A stretch of 64,000 bases of DNA from Calditrichales bacterium (lineage in GTDB: Bacteria; Calditrichota; Calditrichia; Calditrichales; J004). How positions within the stretch are numbered: the stretch's first letter is position 1; the number at the start of each line of letters is the position of its first letter. Where the stretch lies: assembly GCA_965267575.1 (NCBI GenBank), contig OZ254086.1, positions 832,001 through 896,000 of the forward strand, read 5' to 3'. The notes below the pieces were generated by a model. That model did no database searches, was not told the origin of the DNA, and saw only the letters and a program-made list of their open reading frames with translations. Position numbers and translations under genes: made by a program. Shown piece by piece: positions 1 through 8,927 of the stretch.

Positions 1-7
1 TGAACCG

Positions 8-718
8 GTGCTCGAACCGAATGACAGCATGAATTCAAACGCCGCGTTGTTTAAAAGCAATTTGCCCAACAACGAATATATAAAGGTTTTTCATACAACA
101 CGCACCATCGAAATTGATGGTACGGACAAAGAGTGGGTGAACGCTCCCAAGCATGTCATGCGCGTTTATTATAATCTGCCCGATCCCATTGACGATAAAT
201 CCGATTTATACTCCTATTTCAGGATGGCCTGGGACGACCAGAATGTTTACGTGTTTGTAAACGTGCAGGATAACGTGATCAGCGTGGATGCTGTGGATGA
301 TTTTAATAAAGACAGTTTTGAGCTGTTTTTAGATGGTGACAACAGCAAAAACGGTCCAGCCGATGCCAATATACCTCATCCCTACCCGGGTTCTTATGAC
401 TTTAATGACGAACAAATGCGCTTTATCTGGCAGCAGGCGCCTACGCGTTTCCCCTGGTTTTATGATCCAAGCCCGATTGATTACGCCTATCTTGAGACCG
501 AAAAAGGCTGGAATGTGGAAATAAAGATTCCTTTTAGTACCCTGAATGATTTTCCGGCTGAACCGGGCCATGTGTTTGGTGTTGAGTTCCACGTGAACGA
601 TAACGACGGCACGGGAAGAGAGAATTTTGTGAAATGGAATTCTGAGAGTGATTTTACCTTTTTGTATCCGAGCCTGTTTGGATCGGCCTACCTGTTTAAA
701 AGCAACGGCAATAATTGA
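8..718 (+). CDS. CBM9/DOMON-like sugar-binding domain protein, probably the C-terminal part of a gene starting left of the window
   Basis: IEIDG..EW, MAWDDQNVYVFVNVQD, DSFELFLD, GWNVEIKIPF and VNDND motifs typical of CBM9-like domains; the frame is open back to the window edge. Confidence 0.7.
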   Translation: MLEPNDSMNSNAALFKSNLPNNEYIKVFHTTRTIEIDGTDKEWVNAPKHVMRVYYNLPDPIDDKSDLYSYFRMAWDDQNVYVFVNVQDNVISVDAVDDFNKDSFELFLDGDNSKNGPADANIPHPYPGSYDFNDEQMRFIWQQAPTRFPWFYDPSPIDYAYLETEKGWNVEIKIPFSTLNDFPAEPGHVFGVEFHVNDNDGTGRENFVKWNSESDFTFLYPSLFGSAYLFKSNGNN

Positions 719-724
719 TCTAAC

Positions 725-754
725 AAGGCGCGTCCTTCAGGCCGCGCCTTTTTT
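725..754 (+). terminator. Rho-independent terminator between convergent genes
   Basis: AAGGCGCG...CGCGCCTT hairpin followed by a T-run. Confidence 0.75.
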
Positions 755-762
755 ATTTCTTT

Positions 763-1506
763 TTACTTAATAATAAATGCTAACGAATTAATCGGCCGGC
801 CGGCATTGTCTCCGGGGCAACGTGCTTTGACGTCCGTAAAAAGATAGATATCTCCCGGTTTGGCCTGGTTGACAAGACGCCTGGCAACATCGTTGTAGCG
901 GGCACCCGCGTTTTGAACCGTAATAGCGTCCTGGCGCCTGGGGATGTAGGTCAGTGTAAATCCCTGGATGGCACATGCGGCATCAAAATCAAAATTATCA
1001 AGAAAAGCGCCCAACCCACCCTGTGCTTTGAATTCGCCATTGCCCATTTCGTCGCCACTGCTGCTGGAAAGCCGCGCAACCGGGTCGGGGATGCGTTTTG
1101 CCCGGAACGTAAAACTTGTCCTGACTTCCGCGCCCGAAACATTGATGCGTACTTCTCCCGGCGATGAGACCGTCACATTGTAAGAGTTCGCGCCCGTTTT
1201 GCGGATTTGGGCACCGCCACCCGTTACGGAAACATTCAAATCGTTGGGATCTACTCCGTTGGCCTGTATCCGTACGGGATTGTCCACACCTATGTAGAAT
1301 ACGTTCATTTTCTCCGCGTTTACCGAAACATGCGGTCGCGTAGTGCCCGGCCCTTCAGGAACATAGACAGTGTCCCGCACGGTGATCGTATCGTGTACAA
1401 CTACCGTATCGACAGTGCCGTCGCCGCCGGTTTTGTCTTTGGAATTACAGTGAAAAAGAAGCAGACTCAAGCCAAACAGCATCAGGATGGGGAACACGCG
1501 TTTCAT
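763..1506 (-). CDS. GldM/PorM C-terminal-domain protein, probable lipoprotein
   Basis: VSVNAEKMNVFYIGVDNPV and FRAKRIPDP match the GldM C-terminal region; signal peptide ending LLFHC; AAGGAG RBS before the ATG at 1506. Confidence 0.7.
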   Translation of the reverse strand: MKRVFPILMLFGLSLLLFHCNSKDKTGGDGTVDTVVVHDTITVRDTVYVPEGPGTTRPHVSVNAEKMNVFYIGVDNPVRIQANGVDPNDLNVSVTGGGAQIRKTGANSYNVTVSSPGEVRINVSGAEVRTSFTFRAKRIPDPVARLSSSSGDEMGNGEFKAQGGLGAFLDNFDFDAACAIQGFTLTYIPRRQDAITVQNAGARYNDVARRLVNQAKPGDIYLFTDVKARCPGDNAGRPINSLAFIIK

Positions 1507-1655
1507 AGCGATCTCCTTTAGATTGTAACAGCGCCACACCATTGCACTGAGCTAAGCCGGAAACGCGGAGGGGAAAGCAGCAGTGCGCCGCAAACATAAC
1601 TATTTTGGGTAGATAAAGCGAATTACACATTTCTGCTGACTTTCAAAAAATACAG

Positions 1656-1685
1656 CCATTCATCCCACCCAAACGACCACCCGTC
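1656..1685 (+). promoter_or_regulatory. Candidate LytTR-binding direct repeat
   Basis: CCATTCATC-N12-CCACCCGTC (21-bp period) upstream of an operon encoding a LytTR regulator. Confidence 0.45.
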
Positions 1686-1760
1686 GGAAACTGCTTCGCT
1701 ATATATAAAAGAGTGGCGATCTTGCCTGCAACAAAAAAAACTAACCGATGGAGGTAAGCA

Positions 1761-2891
1761 ATGAGAATTCTTTATTTGATAACTGCCATGGTTCTGTTAG
1801 CTGCCGGTACCCTGCCCGCATCCGAGTACCGTGCCCAGGAGACCGTCCACATCATCGAGGGCGATACACTGTCAAACAACCTGTTTGCCACCGGCAACCG
1901 CATTGATGTGGAGGGTGTCGTAAAGGGCAGTCTTTTTTCTGCCGGCGAACGCAGTGAGATGCAGGGCCGCGTAATGGGCAACATGTTCAGCGGCAGCCGC
2001 GATGTCATGGTGCGCGGAACCGTTGAAGGCCTGGTGGCTGTTGCCGGGGAGAATATCACCATCGACGGCGTTGTGCTGGACGATGTGCTGGCTTTTGGCG
2101 GGCGCGTTATTGTGACGGAGCGTGCAGATATCCGCGGCAACCTTTTCGCCGGCACAGGAAACATCATCCTGGAAGAAGGCAGCCGCGTGGGCGGTAACTT
2201 GCGTGGCGGCGCGGGATGGGCTACGCTGAACGGCAGTATCGCAGGTGAAGTTGAGTTCCAGGCCGACTTCATTGCTTTTGGCGATGACTTTGCCGCAAGC
2301 GGACCTGTGGCGCTAAAACTGCACAAAAGATGGATGGAGCGCGAGATCGAAAATCTACCCGATAACGCGACAATTGCCTACACGGAAACAGAGCGCTTTT
2401 TCCTATCCGGTTTTTTCTACTGGTCCCTTTTATCCATGTTTGTGTTGGGCATTATTTACCTACTTCTCTTTAAAAACGCCTCGCGTGATCAGCTTGTCTA
2501 CGCAAAAGAAAATCCGGGCATGAGCCTGCTAAGCGGTCTCGGTGTGCTTGTGGGTATACCTGTGGCAGTTGTTATTCTTGCCGTAATGGTAATTACCATA
2601 CCGGTTGCGTTGATCCTGCTGCTGCTGTACGGCATTGCGGTGTATGTCAGCACCATTTTTGCATCATTGTATGTGGGCCGTCTTATTCTCGCCCGCAACA
2701 ACGGCCTGCGGTCGGCCGGCAGCTACATAGGCGCACTGGCGCTGGGTCTGCTTATCATTTTCCTGGTAACGGAGATTCCGTTCCTTGGCGGATTGATTCA
2801 ACTGGCGGTTATCTGTTTTGGCCTGGGTGGATTTGTATCCTATTTGTGGTATCATTATAAAAGCAACAGGGAACAAGCGGCAGGCGCGTGA
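1761..2891 (+). CDS. Membrane protein with N-terminal beta-helix (bactofilin/polymer-forming-like) repeats
   Basis: Signal peptide, repeated (V/I)xGxVxGx(L/V)FxxG units, several C-terminal TM helices; GGAGG RBS. Confidence 0.7.
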   Translation: MRILYLITAMVLLAAGTLPASEYRAQETVHIIEGDTLSNNLFATGNRIDVEGVVKGSLFSAGERSEMQGRVMGNMFSGSRDVMVRGTVEGLVAVAGENITIDGVVLDDVLAFGGRVIVTERADIRGNLFAGTGNIILEEGSRVGGNLRGGAGWATLNGSIAGEVEFQADFIAFGDDFAASGPVALKLHKRWMEREIENLPDNATIAYTETERFFLSGFFYWSLLSMFVLGIIYLLLFKNASRDQLVYAKENPGMSLLSGLGVLVGIPVAVVILAVMVITIPVALILLLLYGIAVYVSTIFASLYVGRLILARNNGLRSAGSYIGALALGLLIIFLVTEIPFLGGLIQLAVICFGLGGFVSYLWYHYKSNREQAAGA

Positions 2892-3994
2892 ACACATTTC
2901 TTAAATCAACAATAATTATAAGCGCCATCGGTTTAGGTGGCGCTTTTTTAAGTTATTTTTTCTGGAACGATAACGGGAAGCTTGCAGCATCCGTTTTGCT
3001 GGGTTTTTATTACCCCGTCGCCTTGCTGGCGCTTTTTGCGTTTTTGAATAAACTGCTGGCTAACCGGCTCAGCGTTTTTTCCGGTGGCCAACAGTGGCTG
3101 TTGCGGGCCGTGCTCTACCTGATGGTTTTTACCCTGGTTTACCTCGCCGGACTGATGCTGCAAATCGTGCTGCTGTATCCCGTTTCGGTGGAGGATTTGC
3201 GCCTGGCCACCTGGAGCATGCTGGCCGACGTGATAACCGCCACCGCCGAAGAAAAGGATCTGCGTCAACTGCTTTCGCCGGAATTCCGCAGTTTTATTTT
3301 TAGCTTTATTGCGCTGATTGTTTTGGTGGGCCTGGCCAGCGTGGTGGGCAGCTGGATCGAGATTCGCTGGAAGGAAAACCGCAACCGCGCGGCCCTGCAG
3401 CGCGCCGAACTGAACGCATTGCGCTCGCAGATTGAACCGCACTTTCTGTTCAACGCGCTTAACACCATCACCAGCCTGATACAAAGCGAGCCCGCCAAAG
3501 CTGAAAAACTGCTTATTGATCTGAGCGACCTGCTGCGCTACGTCTTTCGCAATTCCAATGAAGAGCGCGTGCCGCTGTCCCGTGAGCTGGAGTTTGCGCG
3601 GCGTTACCTGGCGCTGCTACAGGAACGTTTTGGCGATGCCCTTTCCGTTAACTGGCACATTTCCGCGGATGTGGAGCAGATCGAAGTGCCTGTATTTTTG
3701 CTGCAGCCGCTCATCGAAAATGCTATCAACCACGGCTGGAGCGACAAGACAAAAACACTGCAACTGCAGATAAGCCTGGCCAGGGAAAAGAACGCGCTCA
3801 AAATCAAGATCAGTGACAATGGTGCCGGTATAAGGCAAAGCCGTCTCAGCCGTTTGCCGCAATCGGGCCACGCTTTGGGCAACATTGCCGAACGCCTGTT
3901 TTTATACTATCACCGTAATGATTTGCTCGCGATCGTTTCGCAGCACGGGCAGGGCACACAGGTAACCATAACCATTCCCGTGGATAAAAAATGA
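2888..3994 (+). CDS. LytS/YehU-family sensor histidine kinase
   Basis: SQIEPHFLFNALNTI H-box, LQPLIENAINHG, DNGAG; N-terminal TM helices. Confidence 0.9.
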   Translation: MNTFLKSTIIISAIGLGGAFLSYFFWNDNGKLAASVLLGFYYPVALLALFAFLNKLLANRLSVFSGGQQWLLRAVLYLMVFTLVYLAGLMLQIVLLYPVSVEDLRLATWSMLADVITATAEEKDLRQLLSPEFRSFIFSFIALIVLVGLASVVGSWIEIRWKENRNRAALQRAELNALRSQIEPHFLFNALNTITSLIQSEPAKAEKLLIDLSDLLRYVFRNSNEERVPLSRELEFARRYLALLQERFGDALSVNWHISADVEQIEVPVFLLQPLIENAINHGWSDKTKTLQLQISLAREKNALKIKISDNGAGIRQSRLSRLPQSGHALGNIAERLFLYYHRNDLLAIVSQHGQGTQVTITIPVDKK

Positions 3995-4743
3995 TGATAC
4001 AAACCTACATCGTAGAAGACGAAAAACCGGCATTAAAGCGGCTGCGCGAAATGCTCGAGGAGCTGGAAGACATCGAGATCATCGGCCACAGCGCCAGCGG
4101 CAAACAGGCTGTCGCGGAAATCGACGCCCTGAAACCGCAACTGCTTTTCCTGGACATCCACCTGCCCGACATCTCCGGCATTGACGTGCTGCATGTCTGC
4201 GAACACACCCCGGCGATTATTTTTACCACCGCCTATGACCAATACGCCATCGAAGCGTTCGAACTGCGGGCGCTGGATTACCTGCTGAAGCCTTTCTCCA
4301 AAGAACGTCTGCATGAAGCCGTGGAACGGGCGCGGGAGTCGATTACCAAACCGGCTCCCGATGCGTCGCTGCAGCAGTTGTTGGCGCAATGGCAGCCGCC
4401 GGCTCACCGCCTCAAACGCATCGCTTCCAAAATCGGCGACCGCATCTATGTGTTTAACGATGATGATGTGGTTTATTTTGCCAGCGATAACAAGCTGGTT
4501 TTCGCCCACCTGCAAAATGAAAAACACCTGATCAACTACACGCTGGATCAACTGGAAACACGGCTGGACCACCAGAAGTTTTTCCGCATCCACCGCTCCA
4601 CCATTGTCAACCTCAACTATGTCGATAAAATCGAAGCCTGGTTCAGCGGTGGTTATAAAATGACTGTCCGCGATAAAGAGAAAACCGAGCTTAATATCAG
4701 TCGCAACGCCGGCAGAGCGCTGCGCGAAAAACTGGGCTGGTGA
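3991..4743 (+). CDS. LytTR-family response regulator
   Basis: Receiver domain (EDE, FLDIHLP, FTTAY, DYLLKP) plus LytTR FFRIHRSTIVN. Confidence 0.92.
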   Translation: MMIQTYIVEDEKPALKRLREMLEELEDIEIIGHSASGKQAVAEIDALKPQLLFLDIHLPDISGIDVLHVCEHTPAIIFTTAYDQYAIEAFELRALDYLLKPFSKERLHEAVERARESITKPAPDASLQQLLAQWQPPAHRLKRIASKIGDRIYVFNDDDVVYFASDNKLVFAHLQNEKHLINYTLDQLETRLDHQKFFRIHRSTIVNLNYVDKIEAWFSGGYKMTVRDKEKTELNISRNAGRALREKLGW

Positions 4744-4753
4744 AAGAGTGTAC

Positions 4754-4777
4754 TAAGGTGTTAAGGTGTTAAGGTGC
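4754..4777 (+). repeat. Tandem octamer repeat (TAAGGTGT)x3
   Basis: taaggtgt taaggtgt taaggtgc. Confidence 0.7.
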
Positions 4778-4798
4778 GGGAATGTGTCCCGGGAAAAG

Positions 4799-4827
4799 GC
4801 AGAGACGCAAGATTCTTGCGCCTCTGC
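4799..4827. repeat. REP-like palindrome, probably also acting as terminator between convergent genes
   Basis: GCAGAGACGCAAGA-T-TCTTGCGCCTCTGC, 14-bp arms with one mismatch, followed by an A-run. Confidence 0.55.
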
Positions 4828-4836
4828 ATAAAAAAA

Positions 4837-5364
4837 TTACCATTTCTGCGCGGCTCGTTCGGATGCTTCTTTTTGTTTGGCCAGTTGCTTGTCGCTTTCA
4901 GCGATAACCTGTGCCAGTATGATGCGTCTTTCGTCGGGTGTCTTATTTTCAAAATTGTAATACTGGTCGGCATTAAGACCGCTGGCCGTGGCCGCGCCCA
5001 CTATGCCGCCGGCAATGGCTCCAAGTAATGTTCCATACATTTGGCCCGGCGCGTAAAAAAATCCGCCACCGCCGGAACCTTTCGCAAGCTGATTGCCGAT
5101 AATGCCGCCGCCAATGGCACCGGCAACCGCCCCTACACCGGCGTACGATTTTTGCTCATGACGCATATATTTTATGGAATCTATAGCAACAGGATAGTTC
5201 TGGCCCAGTGTTTTTACAAAAAGCGTATCTCCATTTATGGCCTTTAAAACAACATCCTTATAGGGCTGGTTATCCTTTGTAACAATTTCCCAGATGGGTG
5301 TCTGACAAAAGGCGAGGTTTGTAATGGACATCATGAAAATAATAGCAGCAAAACTCTTTTTCAT
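4837..5364 (-). CDS. Exported hypothetical protein with glycine-zipper segments
   Basis: Signal peptide; GAVAGAIGGGIIG and GTLLGAIAGGIVGA; GGAGG RBS. Confidence 0.7.
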   Translation of the reverse strand: MKKSFAAIIFMMSITNLAFCQTPIWEIVTKDNQPYKDVVLKAINGDTLFVKTLGQNYPVAIDSIKYMRHEQKSYAGVGAVAGAIGGGIIGNQLAKGSGGGGFFYAPGQMYGTLLGAIAGGIVGAATASGLNADQYYNFENKTPDERRIILAQVIAESDKQLAKQKEASERAAQKW

Positions 5365-5628
5365 CTTTACTTCCTCCGCAAAGAGAACCCGTAGAGAATA
5401 TACTTTTTATGTTAGCAGGCTACAAGTTTCCTTATTGCAATAATTTTGGCAATACACAATTACTATCTCAAACTAACGTCGCCGCCTTTTGATCGTTTTA
5501 TGTTGCTTTTGCCTTTAACCATAAATAATATTGAATCATAACAGTAAGGCCCCGCACTAAAACTTATTGTCCGGAAAAACGTTCTTTTTAACAGGCCCCG
5601 CCCAATACCATAAATGGGGAATACCGTT

Positions 5629-5787
5629 ATGCGCACCCTACTGCCTGTTTTTATCGCTATTATTACTGTGCTAATCGTCCTTTTCTTTGTCAAAACCAAA
5701 CCTTGGCCGGAGATGTCTACCACCGAAAAAGTGCTTGTAGTACTGATCCTGATCGTAGGTATTGTGTTGTTCATTTTAATGATCTGA
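5629..5787 (+). CDS. Small two-TM membrane protein (52 aa), absent from the ORF track
   Basis: MRTLLPVFIAIITVLIVLFFVKTKPWPEMSTTEKVLVVLILIVGIVLFILMI; GGGGA upstream; alternative in-frame ATG at 5614. Confidence 0.5.
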   Translation: MRTLLPVFIAIITVLIVLFFVKTKPWPEMSTTEKVLVVLILIVGIVLFILMI

Positions 5788-5928
5788 CAAGTATCGCATA
5801 ACGCGGCAGAGTCATGGCACGATGTCCTTTTTTACTGTTTAAAATAGAGCAAAGATTTTTTTTGATTTTGCGATTTGCTAAGTTTGCAGCATCGCAGATT
5901 TTGCTATCGATTATAAAACCGGAAGGAC

Positions 5929-7059
5929 ATGATGAAAAGAGGATATATTTTGCTGTTTTTGGCCGTGTGGTTTTTTTTGAGTTCGTTGTCGTTCGGCGCA
6001 GAAGATTATTATTTCATCATCCGCGTCGATGACATTCAATCACGCATAAACTGGGAGCCGCGGCGCATTATTGATTTTGAAGAGGCGCTTGAAGCACGCG
6101 GCGCAAAAATATCCTGGGCGGTCATCCCGCACCGGCTAATTGAATCACAAAACGCCGATGGCGTCCTGGCGGAAGATCTGCGCCAATCCATTGCTGACGG
6201 GCATGAAATTGTTCTGCACGGTTATGTCCATATCTGCCCGCTGTGCAGCCAATCCAGCCACGAGATGTATTGCACCTTTTACAACACGGCGCATTCGTAC
6301 GAAACCCAGTCCGGCATGATCCGGGATGGCCTGCAGCTTTTGACGGACAGCGTTGGTTATACGCCGCTTGCCTTTGTACCGCCCGGCCACCACGCCGACA
6401 CGACCACCTATCAGGTGCTGCTGGACAGCGAATTCAAGTGGATCTCAACCACGGGAGCAACCAAAGATACAATCTACAAAAACCTGTTTAACCTGGCGCC
6501 GCACAATGAGTACACCTGGTATCTGACCGACGCCGACTACGACAACAAGCTTAACCAGGCGCTGGCCGATATCGATTCCAAATTCGAAAGCCAGGGTTAC
6601 TACTGCTTGCTGTTGCACGATCCCTTTACCCGTTCCGGCTACGAAGAGGGTCTGGTGATCGACTGGACGGCAGAGCTGCTGGATTCGCTGAATGCGCGTT
6701 ATGGTGAGAAGCTGAAGTATAAGACGCTAAGTGAAACGGCCGCGATCTTTGCAGACAGCGTGGCTACTTTTGTAAATGCGCCGCAAACCGTGCCGCAATC
6801 GGCGCAGCTATTCCAGAATTATCCCAACCCGTTTAACCCGCAAACCACCATTCGCTACGCGCTTCACCAAGCGGCGAATGTTGAACTGGCCGTATATAAC
6901 CTGTTGGGCCAGAAAGTGGCTGTATTGGTATCGGGCAGGCAACCGGCGGGAGTCTACACGGCTGTTTTTGACGGCGCGTCCTTGTCGAGCGGGGTCTACA
7001 TTTATGAATTGAAGACCGCTGAATCGATATCTCGAAAACGGATGCTTTTGTTAAGGTAG
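5929..7059 (+). CDS. Polysaccharide deacetylase-like (DUF2334/NodB-type) secreted protein with T9SS/Por-type C-terminal sorting domain
   Basis: IIRVDD, GHEIVLHGYVH and FVPPG motifs; C-terminal QNYPNPFNPQTTIRY...LSSGVYIYEL...KRMLLLR. Confidence 0.75.
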   Translation: MMKRGYILLFLAVWFFLSSLSFGAEDYYFIIRVDDIQSRINWEPRRIIDFEEALEARGAKISWAVIPHRLIESQNADGVLAEDLRQSIADGHEIVLHGYVHICPLCSQSSHEMYCTFYNTAHSYETQSGMIRDGLQLLTDSVGYTPLAFVPPGHHADTTTYQVLLDSEFKWISTTGATKDTIYKNLFNLAPHNEYTWYLTDADYDNKLNQALADIDSKFESQGYYCLLLHDPFTRSGYEEGLVIDWTAELLDSLNARYGEKLKYKTLSETAAIFADSVATFVNAPQTVPQSAQLFQNYPNPFNPQTTIRYALHQAANVELAVYNLLGQKVAVLVSGRQPAGVYTAVFDGASLSSGVYIYELKTAESISRKRMLLLR

Positions 7060-7062
7060 AAC

Positions 7063-7099
7063 AAAAAAAGCCCGTTATCATTTATGCGGCCGGGCTTTT
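7063..7099. terminator. Bidirectional terminator
   Basis: AAAAGCCCG...CGGGCTTTT between convergent genes. Confidence 0.65.
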
Positions 7100-7118
7100 A
7101 ATTTTTTGGCGGATATTT

Positions 7119-8861
7119 TCAAGCTTCCAAAGCAGCTTTCCTTTTCTTCAACCAGTCTTTGATGTATTTAATCCAGGCAAAACTAAACACATAGGCATAG
7201 ACATAGGTACCTATAATAATTATCACAAAGGTTTTAGCGATATCCCAAACATCGCCCTGCAGCGTAAAGCCCGGCACATAGCCAAAAAGGAACGGTCCGA
7301 GGTACAGGAACTTGCCAAACTTGAAAGCCGAAAAGGCCGTTCGCCACATATTGGCCTTGGCGATCGTAGCACCGGCAAAAGCGGCGATACAGACCGGCGG
7401 GGAGATGTTGGAATCCTGAGAGAGCCAGTAAACGATCATATGCGCGGCCAGCTCATTGACACCCAGGTGCGTGAGCGCGGGAACAGCCACGACAGCGGTG
7501 ATAAGGTAAGCCGCCGTTACGGGGACGCCCATTCCCAAAATAAGAGAAGCCAGCGCGATAAAGAGAATCGTTAACACAAGATTGCCCGAAGCCAGCTCAA
7601 TTACGATGTCGGCAAAGGTCAGGATCAGACCGCTGAAGGTGAGCATGGAGATGATGATACCGATGATACCGACCGTGGCGCCGATTTTTAGGCTGGCTTC
7701 GGTGCCCATGCGCGCCGCTTCCACGAAACGCATCGGGGTCATCCGTGTATCTTTTTTAAAGTAGCTCACCGCGATACTGCTAACAATACCCATCACAGCC
7801 GCAAAGCCCGCGGAATAACCGAAAAGCATCAGTACGGTGATTATCACCAGCGGCGCTATGTAATACCACTCTTTCTTTAAAATTTCCCAGGCCGTGAATT
7901 TCGATTTTTCACCTTTGATATTATGCACCTTGGCCTCGTAATGCACCATCACAAACACGCTGAAGAAGTACATTAAAGCGGGGAAAATGGCCACAAGCAT
8001 GATGTACGAATAGGGTAATCCGGTAAGCTCAGCCATGATAAAGCCACCGGCACCCATGATAGGCGGCATAAACATACCGCCAATGGAAGCCGCCGGTTCA
8101 ACAGCCCCGGCTATATGCGGACGGAAGCCCACTTTTTTCATCAGGGGAATTGTGAATGCGCCGGTCGATACCGTGTTGGCAATGGCGCTGCCTGAAATGG
8201 AACCGAACAATCCGGACGCGATAACAGCCACTTTAGCCGGTCCACCGGTTTTATGGCCCACGGCGGCAATGGGGAAATCTATAAAAAACTTTTGCGCCCC
8301 GGAGCGTTCCAGGAAGGCGCCAAATAACACGAACAGCAGAACATAGGTAGCCAGAACGTTGGCCATAATGCCGAAGACACCGTCTTCTTTGAAAAAAATT
8401 GTCGTACATATCCCGAAAAAAGAATCGCCGAAATGCGCGATCATGCCGGGAAAATGCTGACCGTATACGCCGTAAAAAAGCATAAACGCGCCAATCAGCA
8501 CAAAGACCGTTCCCACAGCGCGTCGCGCCACTTCAATTCCAATAAGCACACCGATGACGGAAACCCATTGATCAAGCAATGTTTCGGCGCCCGCACGGTA
8601 GTTGATATCCTCAAAATTCAGCATCCAGTAAACTACCGTTACTGCAGAGGCGGTCATCAGTACATAGTCCAGAATACGCAGGTATTTGTTTTCCGATTTG
8701 TAGAGCATAAAAACCAGGATGTACGTGATAAAAACGTAAACCCCACGATGGTATTGCGTCGCTGCCGGAATCCATACAGCGGAGAGCGAATAAAAAAGAA
8801 CCAGAAATACCGACAATGCACTGAAGACTATTTTTTCATATTTATTTAATCTGTCAAACAC
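7119..8861 (-). CDS. TRAP transporter fused permease (4TM/12TM, TAXI-associated)
   Basis: GGPAKVAVIASGLFGSISGSAIAN, TIPLMKKVG, MPPIMGAGGFIMAE, LGMGVPVTAAY; GTG start. Confidence 0.92.
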   Translation of the reverse strand: MFDRLNKYEKIVFSALSVFLVLFYSLSAVWIPAATQYHRGVYVFITYILVFMLYKSENKYLRILDYVLMTASAVTVVYWMLNFEDINYRAGAETLLDQWVSVIGVLIGIEVARRAVGTVFVLIGAFMLFYGVYGQHFPGMIAHFGDSFFGICTTIFFKEDGVFGIMANVLATYVLLFVLFGAFLERSGAQKFFIDFPIAAVGHKTGGPAKVAVIASGLFGSISGSAIANTVSTGAFTIPLMKKVGFRPHIAGAVEPAASIGGMFMPPIMGAGGFIMAELTGLPYSYIMLVAIFPALMYFFSVFVMVHYEAKVHNIKGEKSKFTAWEILKKEWYYIAPLVIITVLMLFGYSAGFAAVMGIVSSIAVSYFKKDTRMTPMRFVEAARMGTEASLKIGATVGIIGIIISMLTFSGLILTFADIVIELASGNLVLTILFIALASLILGMGVPVTAAYLITAVVAVPALTHLGVNELAAHMIVYWLSQDSNISPPVCIAAFAGATIAKANMWRTAFSAFKFGKFLYLGPFLFGYVPGFTLQGDVWDIAKTFVIIIIGTYVYAYVFSFAWIKYIKDWLKKRKAALEA

Positions 8862-8927
8862 GAACGCCTCCGTTCTGCGCTAAATAAGCCGGACCCGACA
8901 GAGACGGGCCCGGCGGGAAATGGGGCT

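Noticed and set aside
1543-1615. GCACTG...CAGTGC-closed structure with a loose resemblance to cyclic-dinucleotide riboswitches
   Set aside because: Conserved cores and pairings are incomplete and the strand is ambiguous; not supportable without a covariance search.
5463-5774. 103-aa minus-strand ORF in the track
   Set aside because: It is the antisense of the more plausible two-TM microprotein and has no protein-like features.
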